Source of the DNA: Styela clava
Taxonomy: Eukaryota
NCBI RefSeq assembly: GCF_964204865.1
Contig: NC_135262.1
Span: 4,402,001 to 4,466,000, forward strand
Reading direction: 5' to 3'
Length of the DNA: 64,000 nt
Part shown: piece after piece, positions 13,529 to 24,300 of the stretch
Position numbering within the stretch: position 1 is the stretch's first letter
Layout: every line of letters begins with the position of its first letter
Position numbers and translations under genes: made by a program
Notes under the pieces: generated by a model
What the model saw: only the letters and a program-made list of their open reading frames with translations
What the model was told of the DNA's origin: nothing
The model's database searches: none

Positions 13529-14649
13529 CTGACTTCGACATTAGATGGGGGGTGTAGCCAGTCTGTGGACGATGACGTGTGAATTTACTTTCTACGATCG
13601 GGGGTTAAAGCTATACAAACCATCAAAGTACGACACTTAGAAGACTATTTGCGACCAAACGACCAGTGTGCGACCAAGGCTTTGAACATTGTTTCTGCTG
13701 CGTCGAGACTAGAGCATACGCAGCCATGCGTGAAAAAATTGGGCTTCTAATTGCATTTCTCACTGTCATATATTTTAAGAACACGGTCATTTCGAACAAA
13801 ACTCGTTGAATTGAATACAAAGCACCGCATCACAGCAATCAAACAGACAAAAACACGGTGGTCGCAAATTGGTCGTCAAAGATATTATCGACGTATTGGA
13901 AATGCGCACCCCTTTAATATTCCCCCTCCTTTAAATGTAGAAACGTGAAAATTTAAAGGTGGGTGAAAGAAACACAACTCTACCCCCTTGCCAAGTTTCA
14001 TCTTTTTATCTCTTAGAGTTGTATGGATTTTCAATTTTTTTTAATGAGACAATGGGTAGTTGGCGACATGAAAAAATGGTACGTTTTTTTTTCTTCGGTC
14101 AGGTTTTCGGTTGTAACTTTTTTGTTTGTGGCCCCATTTTAGTGTAATTTTGCAGAGCTATGAGGGACAAGTGGACGATAACGTGTGAGAAATATCGTCG
14201 TAGTTCGTTAATATTTTCGGCATTAACTAGATCAATGAAGCTGATGGCTGCGAATAGATCGTGGCCGCAAAGTAAGCCACCGTACCTCTCAATACATCCG
14301 CGTAAAATTACCAGTATTGGACAAAAAATATGTTGAATCATAGCAAAAATGGACATTTGACCTTTGACCCCAAACTTTGTTTGTATACTTTGTCTCTAAT
14401 TTTGAAGTGTTTGTGCAGCTTTAGATATCGGCACTGTTCAGTACATCCGTGTAAAATTATTGTATAAAAAATACGCTGATTCAGAGCCGTAACTGGCCAG
14501 CGTCGATGAAGGCGTTCTTCTCGCCCATAACAATTCTCACAGGATTCCTATCATTCAACACGATATTGTCTTTTTTGTTTCGCCATTGTCGATCAGGCTA
14601 AATCTTGCAAGACGTAATTTTGGTACGTACTTGAGGTACAAATCTACCC

Positions 14650-14775
14650 TGGACCCAGCAATTCTCTCACACAGAATCCCCTCCCCCACTGATTTCACAC
14701 CCACGCACGTAGGGTAATCAGAGATGCGGTGGCGGGTGTATTCCAAACGCTCAGCACGATGTGCCCCACACATGA
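14650..14775 (-). mobile_element. SINE-like 5' fragment
   Basis: Minus strand reads GGGGCACATCGTGCTGAGCG...CTGATTACCCT, as in the 7801 and 26835 copies. Confidence 0.55.
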
Positions 14776-14905
14776 AATGACATTATATACATGGCCCAAA
14801 AATATCATGAAGTTTTTCTTTTATTTGACTTGGTTTTAATTTCTTCTGAATATTTTCTCAGGATAAAATGTGAACATATATAATTTAATCACACCTTACA
14901 CTGAG

Positions 14906-17200
14906 ATGGGCAACAACAAGTCTCAACATCATTCCAAATATTCGGAATCTGCATCGAAGCGTCAGAGACTAGATTATTTTGCTAGTAGCAACTTTGACGG
15001 ACTCTCTGCTGCGTCGATAAGAGCTAAATACCCTAATCCAGTTCGATCAACACCTTTGAGATTCCACAGAACTCATGGTGTTAATATAACCATTACCTAT
15101 GGTGGTAGGGTCGCTTCAAGAGGTAATAGTTTCTGTTATGCTATTGCTTTCTCATCACGACCTATCAATGTTGAAGAACGTGTGAAAGTTAAATTGAAAA
15201 CTGTGCAAAGGGGATGGAGTGGGGCAATAAGGTTTGGGTTTACAACCAATGATCCTGCTAGTATGGAAACTGCAGACCTACCACGTTATGCCTGCCCTGA
15301 TTTAACAAATCGGAAAGGGTATTGGGCAAAAGCAATGCCTGAACAATTTGCGGAACAAGGCAGTATTGTATCTTTTTACGTCAACACTTCTGGTACAGTT
15401 TTTTTCTCTGTCAATGATGAATTGCAAGGAACTATCCTTGAATCTGTTGACGTAACAAGCCCATTGTGGGCTTTGTTTGATGTTTATGGTAATACAACAT
15501 CACTCGAGCTTGTAAGCCGCATGGAAGATCAAATTGTGGACATAGGGGTAAATGATAGAAATTCTTCTGGTATGTCAACGCTCATGCCTGTTCATTTGCC
15601 ATCCGATATGCCGAGATTTGCAAGAGAGAAGCTTTGTACAGATGAACACATTATTCCAATGACATTTTCTGCTACAATGGGAAAACAGTTAAAATGTCGC
15701 AACTTAATTCAGCTCACAAGGAAAGATGATGTCATAGAAAGTTCATTAGCGTTTACAAGCACTGCACTTAAAGCTGGACAGACAGCTTATTTTTATTGTG
15801 CTCAAACAAAACCTCATCATCTTCCCATGATAGAGGAGATAGGGTTTGGTGTTGGGATCACCACTTGCGATCCTTCATCAATACCAATCAATGAGTTGCC
15901 ATTTGATTCTACCATGATTATGGATCGATCAGAATATTGGATTTTATTCAGAGATTTTGAGCCGCCACGTGAGACAGAATATTTTGCATTTACTGTTGAA
16001 AAAGGAGGATGTCTTACTTACACACGTGAGGGAGGTCAGAAAACTGTGCTTTTCCATATGGATGTCTCCCAGCCCTTGTATGTTGTACTTGACATGTGCT
16101 CAAAGGTATCGTGTTTAGCAATTGTGGGAATGAGCACACAGCTGGAAATTGAAAACGATATTCAAGAATCGTATAATAATCTGGATGGATATACCAGCAT
16201 TCTCGATAATATGCCGACTTTCGATGGAAACTCATCAATGAGCAGGACACATTCTCTGCTACATGAGATGGATGGCTCAACTGAAAGGCCAATTCGACCA
16301 GCCAGTGAGTCTTTCGCTTCTCTAATGCTGCCTAGAACCACAAGTGGGGGACCACGCAGATCCCCAATGGCTGGTATTTCTATTTCTACAGCAAGAGAAG
16401 AAAGTGATGCGGAATCAGAATCACAAATGTCTTCTGGTATTTATCCACATGGTGGTGATTCTCATACCAGTGGAGTATACCCTCATGAAAATGCAACGAA
16501 TTCAAGTGAGGGCGGTTCAAGTGGGGCAGTTGCCGTGGCAATGGCTGCAGCACCTGTTGTAGTATCTGCAATATCCTGGCTGGGAAATACTATGGTTAAC
16601 AGATGGAATCAAAATACAGACAGTGGGAGTGGAAATCGCGAAGTTGTAAACGAAACATCTTCATCAGATTCTAGCAGTAGCAGTGGAATAGATGGTGATA
16701 ATGAAAGTGAAGAAGATCTGGAAAGTGGGGAAGATATGTTCTTTAATGCAAATGATACCAGTCGATCGAATAATGATTCTGATGAGGATCCATCCACACA
16801 GCTTCCAAGATTACTTGAAATGCTAGATGCTGATCTTACAGAGCTGCTGCGTCCGTTGGATTTAGCTGGAGCTGATACGGGTATGAATACTCCAGGAACA
16901 AGTCGTATCTCACAAGAGGTAACTCCATCTTTGACAGTACCAAAAGAAATTGAGACAACGACTTCGAAAGACGAAGAAAAGCAGACCACAGACACTTCTG
17001 GCAAAGAAAAGCAAAGCACAGACACTTCTGACAAGGAGTGTGTAATATGTTGTGATGCATTTGTGAACACAGTTATGTATTCATGTGGACATGCATGTTT
17101 ATGCTACGAATGTGGGCAAGTTATTTTAAGTCGCCGCAATCCAAATTGTCCAATTTGCCGTGCTGACGTGAAAGACATTATTCGGGTTTATCCAGCATGA
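14906..17200 (+). CDS. neur: E3 ubiquitin ligase neuralized/NEURL1-like, 764 aa, single coding exon
   Basis: MGNNKS myristoylation motif. NHR1 (PLRFH...GWSGAIRFGFTTNDP...LPRYACPDL...PLWALFDVYG) and NHR2 (GITTCDP...DRSEYW). C-terminal C3HC4 RING (ECVIC...CGHACLC..C...CPICR). Splice acceptor at 14860-14861. The true start is ATG 14906, not the GTG used by the ORF track. Confidence 0.93.
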   Translation: MGNNKSQHHSKYSESASKRQRLDYFASSNFDGLSAASIRAKYPNPVRSTPLRFHRTHGVNITITYGGRVASRGNSFCYAIAFSSRPINVEERVKVKLKTVQRGWSGAIRFGFTTNDPASMETADLPRYACPDLTNRKGYWAKAMPEQFAEQGSIVSFYVNTSGTVFFSVNDELQGTILESVDVTSPLWALFDVYGNTTSLELVSRMEDQIVDIGVNDRNSSGMSTLMPVHLPSDMPRFAREKLCTDEHIIPMTFSATMGKQLKCRNLIQLTRKDDVIESSLAFTSTALKAGQTAYFYCAQTKPHHLPMIEEIGFGVGITTCDPSSIPINELPFDSTMIMDRSEYWILFRDFEPPRETEYFAFTVEKGGCLTYTREGGQKTVLFHMDVSQPLYVVLDMCSKVSCLAIVGMSTQLEIENDIQESYNNLDGYTSILDNMPTFDGNSSMSRTHSLLHEMDGSTERPIRPASESFASLMLPRTTSGGPRRSPMAGISISTAREESDAESESQMSSGIYPHGGDSHTSGVYPHENATNSSEGGSSGAVAVAMAAAPVVVSAISWLGNTMVNRWNQNTDSGSGNREVVNETSSSDSSSSSGIDGDNESEEDLESGEDMFFNANDTSRSNNDSDEDPSTQLPRLLEMLDADLTELLRPLDLAGADTGMNTPGTSRISQEVTPSLTVPKEIETTTSKDEEKQTTDTSGKEKQSTDTSDKECVICCDAFVNTVMYSCGHACLCYECGQVILSRRNPNCPICRADVKDIIRVYPA

Positions 17201-17923
17201 ATTAAGCCAAGTTCGGTATTTTTAAATCCATAATTATATTATCGTGTTTCATCAAAATGAATTTTGTTTGATTTATTTAATTGGTGCACAATTTTATAGT
17301 TTGCAGTTGTAATATTTAAATATTTTTTCGAATTTGAATCACAAATGATTACTTATAAGATTTGGTTATGTCTATAGAAATTTATGTTCCTAATATGAGA
17401 TCCCTTTTTGTGTGATTTTATTGGGTGATAACTTTACTTAAAGATTTTTCTCTTAAAACACTTTGACAGTATATCCACTATTTTTTATCGTTTCCCTTTC
17501 TTTGGGCAAATAATGTGAAAATAAGTTGCATAATTATATGATATCATTTTATATGGTGAATGGTGATGCATCTCATTTTTATGACTGTAGTCAACGAGTC
17601 ACTCGAACTTTGCATTTAGTTCTTTCCGCCTTGTGACAGTCAAATTTGAAATCATGATCATGCCAAAAGTTTGATCTATATTATTATTGTGCATATTTTC
17701 AGTTTATTAGAATTTAATGGCCAGTCATACTTTCAGAATACCATAATGCTAGATATGAATATCCCACCTCAACACTGATTTTTTTCATAAATTAAATTAA
17801 GTACCAGCCATTTTTTCTCCACCAGTGAATATTTTAATAAGTATGGATTGCAAATGGCTGGTACTTATTTTGTTCTTCTGCTTCAACCTGAATTTACAGA
17901 TAATCCACTTGTATCTTCTAGTG

Positions 17924-18552
17924 CAGTGGTTCTCAATCTTTGTGGGCTGCGCCCTTTTTATAGAATTTGAATTTGTAAGCAATAATATACATTGGCATAA
18001 AAAATAAAAATGTCAGCAATATTTTTTCAACTTGTGCGAAACTTGCTTTTTTATGTCATTGCGCAACTGTTTAATATCAACAGATAGTTTTGATACCGCA
18101 CAACGTAACTGGCTCCTCAAATTGTCATTCGTCAGCTTACTCCTATGCTTCGACTTTATAATTTTCAATTTAGAAAAGAAAAATTTGCACAAATATGTTG
18201 TTCCTATTGCCGCCGCAATACGCATTGCCATTTGTCTCAGGATGGGAAACTTATCGATATCTCCATCGTTGACTGTAGAATTGAAGTTTTCTATTTCTTT
18301 GAAACAAGTATTTCAGTTCCGTTTTTGATTGGATCAATTCAAGTTGCATGTCTTCTGGGGCATCTTCTACTCGAATGTAAAATGAACACATAAAAATTTT
18401 AAAGAGATTGTCGAATTTTTGTAAGTAAGCGAATCTCCTCTTCAATGATTTCACCAACTTTGCGACTTCGTCGCAATATTTATAAAAACTTCAAGTGGGC
18501 CGCACAAATTCTTCCAGTGGGCCGCATGCGGCCCGCGGGTTGGACATCGCTA
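17924..18552 (-). mobile_element. Internally deleted hAT (Charlie/Buster) element with transposase C-terminal remnant
   Basis: Ends CAGTGGTTCTCAA / GGTTGGACATCGCTA. TSD TTCTAGTG/TTCCAGTG (7/8). Minus-strand peptide TTYLCKFFFSKLKIIKSKHRSKLTNDNL matches the hAT dimerisation domain. Confidence 0.85.
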
Positions 18553-18788
18553 TTCCAGTGCACCAGTGGTATCAGTAACAACGACCTCGGTACAGCTTAC
18601 ACATGACTGGTATTGCGACTGTTATCAATCCCTGATTTATTATATTATTAATTAGAAAATACATTTCTTTATTCAACTAATAGTAATTCCTTATGTTATA
18701 AGTTGGAGTCAACTTTCATATATCTTTCATAAATTATGCAGTGGTGGAGGATTGGTGCTCTTTGATTAAACAAATGGGAAATTCTATT

Positions 18789-18897
18789 GGCGCTCCCAAA
18801 GTGTGCACCAAGATGGCGCACAACCTGAACCCCAACCTGGTACACATACTATGTTCAGCTTGTGCGCCATCTTGGTGCACATACTTCTGGAGGTCCC
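18789..18897. repeat. Short palindromic MITE-like element
   Basis: Perfect 21-bp arms GTGCACCAAGATGGCGCACAA (18803-18823) and its reverse complement (18860-18880). Confidence 0.85.
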
Positions 18898-18924
18898 TCT
18901 TTAATTGTATTATGCCACCTATTC

Positions 18925-19240
18925 ATTGATGGACACAATGGGTGATCATTTTGTATTTTCTTCTCTTGTCGTGAAAAATTGCTTTGGAATTTTCAGTAGT
19001 TGAAGATTGTTGTTATCGCTGGGCTATTACTTTTATTTATTTCAAAACTTACTGTGGGCTTTGTGGGAATCGTTCGGCTATCTGAAGTTTTGTGTGGTGA
19101 CATCACCCAAATTAATTGCAGTGATTCCGTGACCATGGATACCAAGCTTGGGAAGAGTACGGTATCATACTGGTACTGTGAAAGATTAGATACCCTCACT
19201 ACTTTGTGTCCATACATTTGAGCATTGCTCTCTGGTTTTG
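18925..19240 (+). mobile_element. Diverged Helentron-like copy
   Basis: Ends TGTGTCCATACATTTGAGCATTGCTCTCTGGTTTT, matching the family terminus. Begins TGGACACAAT. Confidence 0.55.
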
Positions 19241-20839
19241 TCTAATTCTATTATTTTAACAATTCTGATTGTTTTTCGGACACTAGCCTTTTAAATTGTT
19301 GCTGGAAAGCATAATGAAAAAATAAAAAGTGAAATGAAAATTATAAAGTGATTCAAGTCGTCCCACATCATGGCTAAGCAGGGCATACCCAGGGTCAAAC
19401 AGACCCTAATACGAAAGAAGCTACTATGTTTTGGATTGAGGTTGAACCTTCGGTTTTCCATGGTCGCCGATCGAATATCTTGTGCTCTGAATGTGGTAGT
19501 CATAAAATATGATTGGGATGAATCCAACATTTTTGATCTTCGACTGAACTGCAATATAGGCAGGCTAACGTTTGCAAGCTCAGTATTATTTAAGCCTATT
19601 TATTAATGTTGTATCATACAATTAGATTTATATGAATGCATTAAAGCATCTTTAATTTGCATGTGTTGTGTTGTGACGCTTTGCATAATTCCTTGCCACT
19701 ATTTGATGCAAAAAGAAGTTACCCAAAATAGAAAAAAGTGTTGATATTAATAATAATTTTAATTTTTTAGTAATTTTCAGGCTTTTTTCCGCTTTGCATG
19801 GTTTTGAGTTATTTTTTTGCCTTTGTTTATCAGTGATCATGATATGTTACTTGATTCTGAAGTTCTATTGTTTCTCTGTACATCTATTAATAAAAAATTG
19901 AGTAACTTCTTCGATTTTTTTGTCACAAAACAAGACTTTCTTGTATCATTTTTGGGGGAAGAACAGTCACGGTTTTCCTAAGATGTATTCGCAAATATGA
20001 ACTGATGATAAAGGTTTACAATATCAGAATAACTGGCCAACACAGTTCAGTTTTTTGTTTACACCGTAAATCCACCTTGAATATTTCCTGATTAAATACT
20101 AGATCTTTGCTCATTTTATACTACATAGTTTCATATTTTTATGGCGAGGAAAGTTTATCAGAGAGTTTACGCATACATGGTGACTGACTTTATCACCATA
20201 AAATTAAAGGTTAGAAAAATCTAACAGAGATGGTCAAATGCGACGCAACTACCTGTATCCAATATCTACAGTACCAATATCTGTGAGAGAAGCCAAGAAA
20301 TCCCAATTCCAACTCGAAATTGCCATTTTTCATTTTCAAAAATTAAAAATTTGGACGAAGACACCGGCTATGATTACAGTTCAGGTTAATTTTGTTTGTA
20401 AAATATTATACTGATGCATGACCCATAGTATAAAGCTCTAAATTCAGAGGATCACGGTTTCGAATAAATACATCCCTATTTCATAATTCTTATTTTTGTA
20501 CTATTGCCAGTAGTTATTACTACAGGTATTTGAATAAAGACCAGGTACTTTGACCGCACCAACAGGTATGGAAGGCAGGACCAGTGATTTCCCCTGCACC
20601 GAACTCCTGACGAAGGTGAAAAACAAAACAGATGGCCACTCCCCTTACGTATATACTAGTGCAGATCGTCAGTCAAAAAGATAACACATTTTTATAAGTT
20701 AGAAATAGTTCTTTTCACTAATAGCAAAATATCTAACACCCTCTAAATTTGGAAAGCAAATGAAGAACTGGTGATAACACTGGGCTCGTCCGATTTCCAA
20801 GGGAACGGAATTCATGATGCATGTCGATATAAACATTGC

Positions 20840-21305
20840 AGGCAGCTGGGCGGGAACTCAAGAACTGAGGCGCAGTTCTTACCACCTAATGGCAGCTCCT
20901 GCCACGAACGAACCGCGGCAGCTCTTGCCATGGTTTTATAGCGCTATTCAGTATTCAGTAATCAGTATTAACAGTATTCACAAATTAATGTACCAGATTT
21001 TAATTAATCATGTGGAATTATATCTACTTAAACCCTAACCCTAACCCCAAATCAATCAAAACTGTATCCATAAGAAAGACGTTCCAACTTACCCAATATT
21101 TGTCACCATAATAGACAGCCCTGTCTTTACGGCCCACCTGCCGCGGTTACGGCAGCAAAATTTTACCTGCCATTGGTTTTCAATTTGCTGCCGCGGTAAC
21201 GGCAGCTCGACATTGGTTTGTGGCAGCTAAAAAGTCAGTTGCCATGAGTTTGGTCGTAGCGGCCATGGTATGGAAATACTGCCATGGTTTTGCGGCAGCT
21301 GCAGA
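20840..21305. repeat. Foldback-like repeat with GGCAGC/CTGCC motifs and (CCCTAA)n, directly upstream of the GST start
   Basis: Repeated CTGCCGCGGT(T/A)ACGGCAG and TGCCATGGTTTT. AACCCTAACCCTAACCCC at about 21031. Confidence 0.45.
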
Positions 21306-21361
21306 TGCCACAGAATACTTAAAACTGCACTTGCAAGAACTCGTGCTTTGCAAAATTTTGC

Positions 21362-24300
21362 ATGATGTCTTGCAGGCGGCATTTGGTTGAACTGTTTTAC
21401 GATGTTCTGTCCCCATATAGCTATATTTCTTTTAAGTTACTGAATCAATGCAGCAAGCAGTGGAAAAGTATGGATCTTCAGTTACGTCCGGTTCTTGTAG
21501 GCGGGATATTCAAGGAGATTGGAAATCAGGCTCCTCGCATACTTCCTATCAGGGGAAAGTAAGTACTCAGGTTTCTTTCTATCTATCATATGGTTATTTT
21601 AATCAGCAAAAAAGGCAACTGTCTCAATTATCTGAGTTAATGGATGTTTTTTGTATTAGCGGTTTTATTTTTGTACATTTAGTTCCTCTTTCTCATTTTA
21701 GCGATTACCAGTCTACTGGTCATAGGGTTAGGAGAGGACATTTAAGTATTTATCATTTAAAGGTGATTTTCATTGTGTAGTGCGCCATGTTCCTTGTCTA
21801 GTTGGTAGATTCAGTATGGGATATTCAACTAATCAGTCAGTCGATCAAGCATTGCTGCATTAGAAACACAGGCATAAATCTCAAGCATTTGAAATGACTA
21901 ACTGGTTTTGGTTATCTATTCTTATTCCGAACAAGAACTTGTAACCAGATGAGAGAACGTATGGCGTATATATTGATTTGCCTTATAGGCTTTCCTCTGC
22001 GATAAATATAAATTTCTGTCCTAAGTTGAAGTTGTGATGCTGGATTTGAGGGGCTCGAAACATGCTCCCCACATACGACGAAAGCAAGTACCGGTACCGC
22101 ATATTATATCTCAGTGCGCCAAATTTTTTCAATTTCAACTTACTGATTTCTCCGTTTTATAGTATTGTGAGTAATTATAGTAGATTAATAGTTATGCTAC
22201 AATTTTGCTTGAATATCTAAAATTGAAAACAAGCTTGGCATAAAAAACATGAAATTACCAGGCTGAATCAATTGTATTTTTATGCTCCAGCTTATAGGCA
22301 GATTTTCTTAATCTAGTTTGGTCAATCAATCAATCAATCGTTTATTTTGTCATCACAAAAAAACACGTTCAAACATAAAGTGACACAATGAATAAATTAC
22401 AGTACTAATCATGTTTTTGCGTGACCGGAGTCGCGAGGGACCTAAGAAGGTCTTCAAGCAGCGACACCTACAGCGCTACAGGTTAGAATAAATATAGTTA
22501 AATGAGGGATAAAATGAATAAATCCTAGGAATAAGTCACAACTGATACAATTACAGCGACATTCGAAATGTACGCGATTATGACACAGTAAAACAGTAAC
22601 TTTCACGGAATAATTACTAACAACTAATAAAAACGCGAGGAAAACAAGATAAAAGCACAGAAGAAATATAGGAAGGGCAAGTTTGGCGGAATATGTAACT
22701 AAAAGCAATATAAGGCAAACAGTAAATCGAAAACATTTACAGCAAATGCAATTTAGGAGGCACTTACGAAAAATTGATAGAGTCTAATGAGGAATACAAA
22801 CAAACTATTACATCTATATAATGTACATAATAAAGAGGAAAAGATAAAACGGCCTGGTCATTGAAAATAATAGCGAACGTAGGAGGGCAATAAGCTATCG
22901 CTCTCCACTCTGAACGATTTTTGAATCAACTATTAACACAAGTCACAGAAGGCACAAGTCACAGAAACATTGCGGCCAAATTAAGACAAAGATAAAGACA
23001 AATTAAGCTATGAATCTCATAGGTATGCAAACCGCTGACTATAACAGTATATACAATTCCGACTTTCACGAGTCTAACACAGACTGACAGATTGGATTTA
23101 ATGTGAGAAATTGTAACAGTGTACGTAGTATAAAATATACTTTTCTGAGATAAAGAGTTTTAAGATTTTAATGCTGTATAGTGTCTATATATGTTACGCA
23201 TGCATAAGATTATATGTTTGAAAAATATTTTTCTAAACTACAACTTGTGCTTCTCGTCTTTTTAAAATTGATTGAGTGCTTCTTTCGGTGTTCTCCCAGC
23301 CCCAAAAAATTGCTTATTAAAGTGTTTCAGGAAATGTTCAACAGCTATATTTGTTGTACAGTATTGTGTTTCAAATTGGAGGGGTGAACCTCCAACTTTT
23401 TGTCCGATATATTCCATTATTTACTTGATTTCTGGTTCTCTTTTTAGCTCTTCCTTTGTCATCTGAAATTATTGATATAGGCCTACAGCTGTGTGGGATA
23501 TTGTTGTGTCATTTAGTACTGAAAAAGTGGACATACTTACTCAATTGTTCTGTTCTATGTAGAGGTTTCACATTGCCATATTGTATGCTTTCTTTTGAGG
23601 ACCGTATTTTCCGTCAAATAAGCTGATTTTCTGGAACACCAGTTTTGTTCCAATTTTCTGGGGGCAACTTTTTGGGCAGCGCTGCCTATCTTCAATCAAT
23701 ATTATTATGTGTAGTAAATGATGAAAACAAGTAGCTTTGGCACATGTACTGTAATGTAAACATGTTGAAGCAGTGGTTCTCAAACTTCTTGGTATTGTGA
23801 CGCTGATATATGATCAACTTGCGACTCCTCATGAAAACGTCTTGATACCTTTTAATAAAAGACCTCTTTTTTATTTAAATTATGCCTGAAGACTACTATC
23901 ATGGTGTCAATATTAAATCCTTCGAGTCAAGGCGCAGACAAAGTCCTGAACGTCGCTCAACAACGCTCGATATGCCCATGTTCATGAAAGGATCAGAAAT
24001 GCATGACATGCATGGTTCGAGCTGACCTATCCTCAGTGTTTGTGTTGTCATAATTGGAACAGCAACAAATGATCCGTGACGTTAGCGATATATACGTTAT
24101 ATTGTCATCTCCAGTTCTCAAGTGTTATTCAAACGAGAATTTTAACTCTCCTACGAACCGCAGGTACAATTCCTCAAAAGCAGAACGCCCTAGCAAAATT
24201 GAAACGACGCACATTGGGCTTCGCGACGCCCACTTTGAGAACCACGGTGTTAAAGGAAAGAAAGATAGCGCAATGGCAAGGAGCTGGGGAATATAAGTAT

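Noticed and set aside
16609-17070. Antisense ORFs over neuralized and the Kelch genes
   Set aside because: Shadows of the sense coding frames.
19291-19554. Minus-strand exon-like ORF
   Set aside because: No recognisable domain, and the adjacent candidate exon is a repeat terminus.
21030-21050. Interstitial telomere
   Set aside because: Only 2-3 units, embedded in dispersed repeats (also at 6274).
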